From Heteronotia binoei (Eukaryota), in assembly GCF_032191835.1 (NCBI RefSeq), contig NW_026800120.1:1-64000 (forward strand): a stretch of 64,000 nucleotides of DNA, given 5' to 3'. The position numbers were made by a program, and so were the translations under genes. Below, piece after piece: positions 1 through 12,000 of this stretch (its first letter is position 1; each line of letters begins with the position of its first letter). Under the pieces are notes generated by a model. The model was not told the DNA's origin. It saw only the letters and a program-made list of their open reading frames with translations, and searched no databases.

Positions 1-3000
1 TCTCCCTCCTCGCCCAGCTCACCGACCACAAGGAGGTCAGGCGCCCCCCCCCCCAGCCTGGGCCCCGCTGGCCTTTGCACACTCTCCGGGGAAGGGAGGA
101 GCCCCCCACCCCAGGCCTCAGCCCCACGGGCCTTTGCACACTCTCCGGGGAAGGGAGGGAGCCCCCCACCCCAGGCCTGGGCCCCACTGACCTTTGCACA
201 CTCTCCAGGGGAGAAGGGAGCCACCCCACCCCAGGCCTGAGCCCCAAGCCCCCCTGGCCTTTGCAGACTCTCCAGTACCTGCAGCAGAACGCCAAGGAAC
301 GAGCAGAGCTGGCAGCAGCCACCACCAACAGCACCACCACCCCTGCCGCCTTCGCCGCCCCCAAGATGACCGTGCAGGAGCTGGAGGAGCTGCGCAAGCA
401 ACTGGGCACCGTCACCACCGCCTCTGCCACCCAGCAGGTACAGCCTCCCCTTGACTCCCGGCCAGCCCTGAAATCAGGGCCCAGTATCCTGGGCGGCTTG
501 CAGAAGATGCAGCCGGAAGGAAGACCGGCCCTGTCGCTTTACTTGCTTTCCATGCAGCTGTTTCAAGGCCATGCCCCATCCCCGCCCCAAATGGCCTCAT
601 CAGACGCAGCTCTCTGTGGGGCTTCTTCTCTGTGCATTCTGCAGGAGGCTCCTTGACTTCCTCTGCCCGGGCAATGGGATATGGGGGGCATTCCAGGGGG
701 CCTGGCCACTCTGCTGCTCAGCCAGCCGCATCTTTTCTGCCCGGGAGAGGCTGGCTAACCAGCGCTCTTCACCGCAGCTGCTGGCTGCTTCTCCCACAGC
801 AGAGCTGGGCCCAAGAACACTACAAGCCTGTTCCTTCAAGAGGAGGGCACCCGCATCCAGAATGGGAGACTCCTTAAATCTTGACGTCCACACACCAGTA
901 GCACTTCTGTCTTGTTAAGTTTGGTGTAGTGGTTAAGTGTGCGGACTCTTATCTGGGAGAACCGAGTTTGATTCCCCACTCTTCCACTTGCACCTGCTGG
1001 AATGGCCTTGGGTCAGCCATAGCTCTCGCAGAGGTTGTCCTTGAAAGGGCAGCTTCTGGGAGAGTCCACTCAGCCCCACCCACCTCACAGGGTGTCTGTC
1101 GTGGGGGGAGAAGATATAGATTGTGAGCCGCTCTGAGTCTCTGCTTCAGAGAGGAGGGCGGGGTATAAATCTGCAGTCTTCTCCTTAAGCTTCCGTTTCT
1201 TAGTGTTCCTCCAGAATTTACTCTCGGTACCAGTGGGAGATCTCTGCAGCCTTCCTGGGAAGAGCTGGAAGTGTGAGAGAGAGCTGAGGAGCATCATCCA
1301 CAGATTGGCGGCAGGTTCTCCTCCCGCCTGGTGACGGGCACCAGTTTCATTGCTGCTTGTCTGACCTGCGGGTTACGAAGCCTGTGCTCTGCACTGGAAT
1401 CAAGTAGACTGTGGCAGAAGGGTTGGGAACCAGCAGGCAAACTCTCCCTGGACTCACCACTGTGACCTGCCTGTCCAAGGTCAGGGGTCACGTCCTGTTC
1501 AGATGGTTCCTCTTAAACAGTGAGGAATAGGCTAGCCAAGTTTACATGGAATTTTAAATAACACAAACTGGGCAACACCATGACGGATGAGATTCTGTGT
1601 GTGAGTACCCGAACCCAGAATGCGAGCAAGGCGGGCACATTCTTCTCTCCGGTGTTTTCTTCTCACCACACCCACCCTGTGAGGTCAGCCAGGCTGAGAG
1701 GCAGGCCCAGGGTGACAAGCAGCCCCCTCCCCCCCCCAGCCTTTGCTGCTGCCCTTTGAAGGCCAGGTGTGTTACCTGTCCTCTCTTCTCTCAGCAGCCT
1801 CTGGAGTTTGTGCGGAAGGCGCTTAGAGAGAAGCAGAACAAGAAGAATCCCGGCCAGCCCGTCCCGTCGTTCCCTGCCTGGGTGTATGAGAGACCAGCAC
1901 TTATTGGGGATTTTCTCACCAGCTCCAGTTTGAGCACAGACACAGCGGTGCCCATAGGTGAGTCCTGCGCAGTCTCCATGGAGCTCTCTGCTGATGTGTT
2001 CACCGCAGCTTCATCTAGATATTTAAAGTTTTCTGTTCTTCCCAGTGGAGATCCAAAGCCAGTATGGTGTAGTGATTAAGAGCAGTTGATTCTGATCGGG
2101 AGGGCCGAGTGCAATTCCCTGCTCCTCCTCTGCATGAAGTCTGCTGGGCGACCTTGGGCAGTCATGGTTCTCTCAGAACTCTCCCAGCCCCTCCTACCTC
2201 ATTAGGTGCCTGTTGTGGGGAGAGGAAGGGAAGGTGATTGGAAGCCACTCTGAGGCTCCTTAAGGTATAAAACCCAAATCTTCTTCAAAGCAGCTGACAA
2301 CATTAATCTTCTCTCCGGTGTTTTCTTCCCACCACACCCACCCTGTGAGGTCAGCCAGGCTGAGAGAGTGATTGGCCTCTTTGGCAGTATCAGAGCTGTA
2401 GTTGCTGGGAGACGACTGCTGGGGATTGTGTGACCAGGCGTCTTGATTGGTAAACTGGAGGGGGGGCTGTTACGACGATAAAGCCACAAATGCAGATAGT
2501 AATCTAAGTAAGGTGAGTTATGAATTCATCCAGCTATGCAGGTGAAATCAAAAGCAAAGCTAACATTCTTGTTTAGATGTCTTCTTTCTAAATTCTCTTG
2601 AAGTGGGTGAGCGGCGTGTCAGGTGCACTGTTCTCTGGGTACATGGAAATTGATGTTGTCAGCTTTTTTTCTCAAAGTAAGAGCAGTACAGGTACAAAGT
2701 ATTTTTTCAGGTATTGTTCCAATAAAACAAATTTATCTGTGTAGTTATAGGGAGTCTTTCTCACTAAGACTCCATGCAGGTCACACACTTTAAGGCAATG
2801 CAGTTGACGGGGTGGGGCACCCAATAAGCAGTCGAAGAGGGTTAGAGTTTCATAACCCAAGCAGGAGTATCCATGTGGCCTGCAAAACGATGCAGAAATT
2901 GCACAGTGAGGTGATGTCTCCAAGAGCAGAGTATGCCCAGTCCTTTGTTCTTCATTGAAGCATCTTCCTGAATCCTCCCAGCACAGTCCTGCCTTGTTAC

Positions 3001-6000
3001 CTTTGTAAAAATGCTCTTCTGAATTGTTCAGTTTTGCACAGTTTGCAGAATGCCAGGAGAGCGGGAGCCTTCTGGACCCCTCAGGCAGCCAGGCAGGCTG
3101 TCCCAGGAGGTGGAGTGGGGGTTGTTTAACTTTCCTGCACCTGCAGAAGGCCCTGCTGGGAGGAGCGAAGCATCATGGAAGTGCACAGCAGGAGAGGCGG
3201 TGCAGCTGATGTGGAGGTTCAAGGCCGGCAAGTGCTCTGTGTGTGCTGGCCATTACCTCAGATCCAGTCTGGAACTCGATGGTTAGCTGCTGCTGTGACT
3301 GTTCCATGTATCCCTGGGAGAGAGGTAGGGGGCTGCCCAGAGCAGAAGTCTTGAAAGGGAGTTTGTGCCTGTGGAGAAGCCTGCCAGGAACTGGCGGCTG
3401 GGCTCGATCCCCCCACAGAGCTACAGTTTCTGCGATTTGGGTGTGTTGCTTGAATGCCAAATTGCACCGGGCTAAGTCCATAAGGCCCAAATGTTCACAT
3501 TTTCAACACGAGAATAAGTTGTGTTTTGAAAATGTATGTTGGACCACTAATGAAAGCAGTATATCCAAATAGACAACTTTAGATAGATTGATGGGTGACT
3601 AAAGGGAACCTCCATGTTTGGAGGGAGTTCACCCGTGAATCCCAGTGCCAGGAGGCAACACTGGGGAAGGCCTCAGCCTCACTGACCTGTTTTGGAACCT
3701 CCACAGGAGTCAGTCAGCCACTGCGTGAGGCAGGAGGCTGGACTAGATGGACTGTTGGACTGGATGGGCCATTGGCCTGATCTAACATGGCTTCTCTTAT
3801 GTTCTTATGACTCTCGCTGGTCGTCTCCATCAGAGCTCTTCTGATGTTCTTAAATGCAGTTGGTAGTTCAGAGGGACAGCTGTTGACTGTTCTGTGAAAC
3901 CTGCTCTTTCTTTGTATACAAATATCTATACTGTTTAAAAATAGTAGGATCAAAGTAATATATTTCCTATATGCTCATCAACCTCTTCACAGTTTGGGGG
4001 AGGGGTTCTGTTGGGAGGGTTTTCCCCCCTCCTCTTTCAACACTCTTTTGAGTTGCCTTTTTATCCAGTCACCTTGCAGGTGGCAGAGATCAAGTCAGAT
4101 GCTTTGGGGGAAAAGCTGACTTTGCACCAATGAGAAGCAACCCTCTGTTCCATCCTTTTGCTTCATTGCCAGGATCATTACCTCTGGCCTCCCAAGAGTC
4201 TGCGGTTGTGGAGGACCTCTTGTACGTGTTGATTGGTGTGGATGGCAGATACATCACTGCACAGCCCCTGGTTGGGAGAGAGAACCGCACTTTCCTTGTG
4301 GACCCTAACTTAGACATGTCCGTCAAAGAACTGGTCACCAGGATTCTTCCCGTTGCTGCAAGTTACTCCCTCGTAACAAGGTACCAGCTGTCACTTGGGG
4401 GCTTCTCAGGCCGCAGGTGGGGAAGTGGCAGTTTGCTCCTGGGGTGCTGTGCGGTGGGCGAGTCCTTGGCATAAATGGCCAGTGAGTGAGTGATGATGTA
4501 GCATATCGGTGCCCTTGGGGGAGGCAGTTAGATAATGGCCACTGGGGTCAAACATCCTGCAAAGCAAAGAAAAGCGTATCGGTTATTAAGTTAAGACAGA
4601 ATTGTTCATTCCTTTTAAGTCAAACAGGCTCTCTGCAGAGGAAGCAGTTCTTCCTGTAAATAAGTAAATGTCACTGTCAGGAGAGGCCTTTCTCCAAAAG
4701 GGCTTTCAGATGCCATTTCTGAGCGAGGGCCGCTTGGCTCCCACAGGCCCTGGGGCAGGCTACTCTCAAGCAGGGATGGGAAGCCAAGCAGTCACCAGTA
4801 GGCAATGCTCCCACTACCATCTCAAGATGTAATGTTCCTGTTTCACAATAACAGTTAAATAGTTTAAAGTAGGAGTCAAGTCGCACCTTTAAGACCAACA
4901 AAGTTTTATTCAGAATGTATGCATTCATGTGTACATGCACACTTCTTCAGACGAGGAATCAGGTACTCGTCTCAACTTGTCATCTCAGACGTCACTCTGC
5001 CCATGCAGCAGTTGGCACCCCTCTACCAGGGCACTGTTGTGCTCACGGCCTGTGAGAGGGCACCTGCTGCTGCTGCCACCGCCGCCCTTGGGGCTTGCCC
5101 AGGAGATGTCTCCTCACTGAGGCAGGGAGGGGGTCTCCTGGTTTTCCTTCTTCCTCGCTTCGCTCCAGCATTCCCTGGTTCCTCTGCTGCTCTGCACTGT
5201 CCCTCAGTGTGGCCATGGGGGGGCCTCTGACTTCTGCTTCTCCCCAGGTTCATAGAGGAGAAGTCCTCCTTTGAGTACGGGCAGGTGAACCACGCTCTGG
5301 CAGCCGCCATGAGGACCCTGGTGAAAGAGTACATGATCCTGATCACCCAGCTGGAGCACCTGCAGCGCCAAGGACTGCTCTCTCTCCAGAAGCTCTGGTT
5401 CTACATCCAGCCCACCATGCGGACCCTGGAGATCCTGGCCTCGCTGGGTGAGGGGGCGCCATTGTCTATCTCTCCCTCTGGCTGGGGGGAGGGCTCTGGC
5501 ACATGTCCTCCTCTGAAACACTCCGTTTTTCCTTCGGCCTCAACGCCAGGGCCCCAGATCACTTAATCCCTGGTGTACTGAGTGAGAATGCAGCCTCTCT
5601 TGCCTAGCCAGATCTTTGGCTTCAGGATGGGGCTGGGCTGATTGGAGCAGACGAGGCACTACTTGCCTGCAGCTTCACAGAGAGTTGCGCACACATACCC
5701 GTAAGGTCAGGGAGCCTGGGTAGCGTGCTTCGGACATTGCTTCAGGAGGACTCCGCTTCCAGGCTCTCAGGAGCATCTTTTCAGGCCACAGTGGGCAAAG
5801 ATGCAATAACGCTGACCCTGGAACCCGTTCGGAATTGAGATGGAGATGAAGATCTTGCCGCACCGAGGCTTGTTTAGAAAAGGGGGTGGTTGATGCTGGT
5901 TGGTGAATCAGGTGTTCTGGCACAGTGGAGAGAGCCGTCTCTCCTGGATGGCCCCTTTGGGGAATGAATGGAACTTGCAGGAGTCCAGGACTTGGGCTCA

Positions 6001-9000
6001 CCTAGATTTCTCTGCAGATCTACCCCCCTCCAGCAGGAGAACTTTGATCCCTCCCCCCAACCCCCCCTATTTCTAGGGGTCCCCCAGGAGCAGCATCTGA
6101 AGGGGGGGGTGGTTTGGGGGCTGTCTTGGCAGGAGGAGTTGGTTAAAATCCCCACAGAAATCTGGGCCAGGTCCAACCCCAAGACAGCAAGGCAGTCGCT
6201 GCAGATGGTTTGTGTTTTTAGGGGAGTAAATGAAGCCCTTTTTCCTTTCCCCCCCAGCTGCTTCTGTGGACAAAGGGGAGTGCCTGGGAGGCTCGACGCT
6301 CAGCTTGCTCCACGACAAGACGTTCAACTACACAGGCGACAGCCAGGCGCAGGAGCTGTGCCTGTACCTCACCAAGGCTGCCAGCGTCCCCTACTTTGAA
6401 ATCCTGGAGAAGTGGATCTACAGAGGGATTATCAACGATCCTTACAGGTATGCTCATCGTGCCTTGCTCTTCCCGGCAGCCGGGGTTAGTAGCAGCAGAA
6501 TTGTGTGGCTGGAAGGGGGTGCTTGCATACGGGAAGCTTTTTCTCATTCAGGTTGGCAGAACTTTTTGTTTTGGTATTATCTGTAATTATAAACTGTAGT
6601 ACGCAGGTTAGAGGGGGGAAACTGGCTTTGCTTGATTGAAAAATCTTGCAGAATTGCACGCCCTGAACAGTCTGGTGTCCTGGCTGTAACCGGAAGAAGG
6701 ACCCTGACAACCTGGTAGACACCCTCCCCCCAGTCTCTGCATTGCAGCCTCCTTCCCGCCAACCTTCTCTGTGCCTTCCTTCAGATACTCACCTGTTTTA
6801 ATTCTGCAGTGAGTTCATGGTAGAAGAACATGAGCTGCAGAAGGAAAAGATCCAGGAGGATTATAATGATAAATACTGGGATCAAAGATACACCATTGTT
6901 CAACAACAGATTCCCTCCTTCCTACAGAAGATCGGAGACAAAATACTTAGCACAGGTAAGGAATGGAGAGCTCACAGAACACAACTCATCTGGATGTCAG
7001 AGAAGTTCCAGGCACCCAAAGCTGTAGCTTTGTGTCTGGGAATTCAAAATACTTTTATAGCTTGTTCATTTTCACAGCTGTTTTTTGGAGTGTGAGAGGG
7101 TGACATACCTAGCATATGTCTTAAGCAGAGATGCTTATCACTTAAGAATCTTCAAGGCAGAATATTAAGAATTTATGAAAAGATCAGACCATAATTTGCT
7201 CCATGGCTTATTCAGAACTGAGCTCCCTGTTGCAGAATTACTTTTGTGTGCCTGGAGATTTTCAGCAGCCTTCAACATTCACCCCCACACTGGTTGATTC
7301 CATTCTGAGGCTGGACTGGTCAGGCCTTCTGCATGCCAACCCCCTGGGCTGCATTCGGGGGGTCACCATCCCCAACCCAGCAACACAGGCCAGTTGGTGT
7401 GCCTGCCTGGCTGGTTCTGCTTGGCCTCCTTTCTGCCTCCCCCACCCAAGCGGGAGGACCGTCCCTCTGCCCCCCTCTGCTGTCTCAGGGTGCTGGAGGA
7501 GGAGGTGGTGCCACGTAACGGAGTGCAGTTCGTGAGCAGTGCCCAGCTGCACTGAAACAACTGGCCAGACCTAATTTGGCACTGACTTCTTTGGCCTGTT
7601 GAGTCATCTGCCTTCAGTGGGAGTTTGTCTGGACCTTATTGAGCTTTCAAGTTCCTGCCTGCCACAGCTGAGGATGACTGGGCTCCCCAGAAGGGTCTTT
7701 CCTCTGGCCAAGGCCAAGGTCGCCTGTTCTCCACCTTCACCAGAGTTTTGCTCCACCCTTCCTTTAGGGAAATATTTAAACGTCGTGCGGGAGTGTGGCC
7801 AGGATGTTACGTGTCCGGTGGCAAAAGAGGTCATCTATACTTTAAAGGAGCGGGAATATGTGGAGCAGATCGAGAAAGCCTATAACTATGCCAGCAAAGT
7901 CCTGCTCGATTTCCTGATGGAAGAAAAAGAGCTGGTGGCCCGCTTAAGGTTTGTTTCCTTCTTCCTCCATCGCAGGAGTTTTTAAGCATTTTGGAGTGTT
8001 CTTTTCATTGCATGTTGGCTTGCTGCGACACGTGTCTGGTGGAGCATTGCAGTTACCCGGGACTTTGGAAAAAGTTTTGCATGAAACGGAAGCCATGATT
8101 GACCTTCCAAATCACCAGAGTGCAGAATGGGGATACCGACAACCTCAGCACCTCTTGTGTTATGCTTATGTTTTAGCTGCAGGGGAAACTTTGGCAAAAG
8201 TTCACAAATGCTGTGTCCCAAAGCCCCCCGCCCCTGCACTTGATGTTCCTTATGCAGGGAGCTTCAGGGGTCTGGCATCCCCCCCCCCCCCAGTGACTGG
8301 AATCCTGAGAGGCCCCTCCACTACTCCCAGAAATAGTGCTATAATTGATGCCCCTCCCCCAGCCCCAAGATTTGCAGCTCGCCCTTTTGGGGCAGGGAAA
8401 AATATGAATCACTATTTTTCATGCTTTCCTATCTCTCTTCTTAACATCAAGTCACAGCTCTATGGTGACTCTAGAGTTTTCAAGGCCAGAAATGTTTTGC
8501 AGTGGTTTTCCATTGCCTGCCTCTATGCATAGCAACCCTGAACTCCTGGGTGGACTCTCATCCAAATGCTAATCAGTTCTGAGTTCTGACAAGAGGCTAT
8601 CCGAGTAGAGACAAAATGGTTTCAGAACTGTACTCTGGAACTGAACTGTCAGGGTGAACTGGAAATCCCTCTGCCTGAATTGTGGGGCTCATTTGCTGCG
8701 TCTCGTCAGTAGAATGTGGCACAGGCTTCCACCCCTTGGCTCTCCGTGCGGCTGGCCTTCCATACGACATTTTGCTTTTGCCTGGGTTGTGTCTTGATTT
8801 CCTGTCTTGGCTCATTAACTGGCCCCATTTGGACTAGCAGGTCGATCAAGCATTACTTCCTGATGGACCAGGGTGACTTCTACGTGCATTTCATGGACCT
8901 CACAGAAGAAGAGCTGAAAAAGCCCGTGGAGGACATCATCCCCACCAGACTGGAGGCTCTGCTGGAATTAGCCTTGAGAATGAGCACAGCAAACACAGAC

Positions 9001-12000
9001 CCATTCAAGGATGACTTAAAGGTGAGCGCCTGAATTTCCTGTCCATTTTCCTGGCACATGGCCTCTCCATTACGAAGGGGGCCTGCAGTGGGCAAGCTCA
9101 GCTGTGGGCTTCGGAGGCTGTGATGGGTAGGTGCCTGGAGCTCAGGTGGCTGCTGGAAGGGGCTGAGGGGCCATTTGGGAAGGGTTGCAGTCTCCCCCCT
9201 CCCAGCCTGTCATTCCCCACACCCAGCAGCTGCTTCGTGCTCCCCTCTGGGATGGGAGTTCTGATGATGGCTTGCAAGAGTAATTAATACCCATTGCTGC
9301 TAAACTCTTAATGTGAAAACAAGAGCATCTTAATCTTGGTCTGAAGTGATTCTCAGAGGCCTTGCCGTAGGGTCTGTTCCTCTGTGAACCGCCAGTGGTG
9401 TCTGGCCATCTGCTGCTGTCTTCCTCAGTAGATCTAAAGCATCACACAAATTGCAAGCACAGGCACGATTCAATAGCAGCTTTTCACTACAAAGCCTCCA
9501 GTGGGGGAAGGAGAGGAGGAGGTTCTGTCTCCAGCTGTCATGTCAGTCTATATTGTAGCGAGAAAATACACAAGAGAGCCAGCTTGGTTTTCCAGCGGTG
9601 AAAAGCTAGTCCAAGTGAGATTAATAAAAGGGAACACAGGCTGTGGCAAATCAAATGCAAGACTGATCAGGCAGGCAAAAAGGGACTATGAGGAGCATAT
9701 TGCAAAAAGCATAAAGACCAACAATAAAAATTTGTGGTGAAGTGCAAAGTAATGCACATTGGGGCCAAGAATCCCAGCTACAAATACAAGTTGATGAGAT
9801 GTGAACTGGCAGAGACTGACCAAGAGAGAGATCTTGGGGTTGTGAGTGGTAGATAACTCACTGAAAATGTCAAGACAGTGTGCAGTTGCAATAAAAAAGG
9901 CCAACACCATGCTGGGAATTATTAGGAAGGGAATTGAAAACAAATCAACCAGTATCATAATGCCCCTGTGTAAATCGATGGTGCGGACTCATTTGGAATA
10001 TTGTGTACAATTTTGGTCACTGCACCTCAAAAAGGATATTATAGCATTGGAGAAAGTCCAGAAAAGGGCAACTAGAATGATTAAAGGTTTGGAACACTTT
10101 CCCTATGAAGAAAGGTTAAAACACTTGGGGCTCTTTAGCTTGGGGAAACGTCGACTGCGGGGTGACATGATAGAGGTTTACAAGAGAAAGTAGAGAAAGA
10201 AGCTATAGCAACAAGAAAGCTTCTCACAGGAAGCATGCAAAATATTCTGCTTAGTATACAAAAATCCTCCATAGCTTAGCAAATATCCAGAAGTAACCTG
10301 TCTCAGTGTGACGCATGTGAGAACATCTTTGTTTTCCAGACACTCAAGGGTCTGGTAGCTGAGCTTGTCTGGGTAACTGAACTTGTGATACTCCCACGCC
10401 TTTTAAGGGTCATAATGTCAAGACAGCTAGATGATACTACAAACCCCGGAAGTCCCCAAAGTGAAAGGGTTTCTAGACCCACTTGTGAACCTCCTGATGG
10501 CACTTGGGTTTTTTTTTTTGCCAGTGTGACACAGAGGGTTGGACTGGATGGGCCATTGGCTGGATCCAACATGGCTTCTCTTATGTTCTTAGTGGTTAAG
10601 GACGTGGACTCTTACCATAGCTCTGGTAGGAGTTGTCCTTGAAAGGGCAGCTGCTTGTAAGAGCGTTCTCAGCCCCACTTACCTCACAGGGTTTCTGTTG
10701 TGGGGGTGGGGGGAAGGTAAAGGAGAGACTCTGAGATTCAGAATATAGGGTGGGATATAAATCCAGTATCTTCTGTCTTCTTCAAGTCCTTGGGACCTGA
10801 TGTGATGCAGGTTTTTATTTTAGTAACCACAGAAAACATTCACAAACCTAGTATTGACAGTGTGGATGTCTTGAACTTTGGGCAATCTTTTTGCACACAT
10901 GTTCCAAGTATTTCCTACTGGATCCTTGGTTGCTATGTTGTGTTTAGTCTGTGTATCTGCTGAGAATGAACTTGATCGTCTGGAAAATCATGGGACTGAG
11001 ATTGCCAGATTGGAGATAACAAACTCGCAGGGTGACACATGCTCTTGTTTCCATGTGATGAGATGTCCTCATTTTCTGCTCAGAGGACAAAAGCCCTAAG
11101 GAGCCGCCACATCCTCCAATCTCCTCGCCCTTCTCCTGGCACCTAGATGCAGCTGACTATTTTGGGGGCGGGGGGTGCTCCTGGCTGTTTGGGTTTGCTT
11201 TTATCCCTGACACCAGGCTTGCATTTCTGTGTCTGGCGTAGCCTCTTGCTTCGTGACATGGTTTTTTTCCTCCTGGTATCTCTTTCCAGATCGATCTAAT
11301 GCCGCATGACCTCATCACGCAGCTCTTGAGAGTCCTCGCCATTGAAACCAAGCAGGAAAAGGCCATTATCCATGCAGAACCCACTGAGCTTTCCCTGAGT
11401 GGCCTGGAAGCTTTCTCTTTTGATTACATTGTCAAATGGCCGCTCTCTCTGATCATCAACAGGTATGTCCTGCTCTCTCCCAGGCAAACTGGCTGTTTTG
11501 GCTCTGGCTAACGGATCTTCATTGGGGTCACCGAGCGACAGTGGGTCCCGGCAGTGATGGAGGTGAGGTTTCGGCTTCCCTGAGGGCCCTGGGGGAAGGG
11601 GGTAGTGGGTGGTCAGGCAGGCTCTGGTGCAGGGACCCTCCGCAGCCCAGCTGACATCGCCTTCTGCCAAGGGGTTTCTCTGCACTGCAGGCCTTGTGTT
11701 GGATTTTCAGGAAGGCCTTGACCCGCTACCAAATGCTCTTCCGGCACATGTTTTACTGCAAGCACGTGGAGCGGCAGCTGTGCAACGTCTGGATCAGCAG
11801 CAAAGCAGCCAAGCAGTATTCGCTGCATTCCTCCAAGTGGTGAGGCTTTTGCTCTCTCTGGTTGCTGGGCTTCTCTTTCCTCAGCCTTGCTTGTGGGGAG
11901 CAGCCACAGCTTTCCATGTGAGACTGTGGAGCTCTTTGCGAGCTGCAGGAAGTTGCCTGATGGTGTTCAGTTGGCCTGTGGTCTGGTACTCCTCCGGCAC

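Noticed and set aside
918-990. tRNA gene
   Set aside because: A/B-box-like motifs belong to a SINE head; there is no cloverleaf and the sequence continues into SINE body.
2590-3560. Possible nested gene or pseudogene in a TUBGCP2 intron (ORFs at 2672-2923 and 3050-3286)
   Set aside because: No recognisable protein motif or consistent exon structure.
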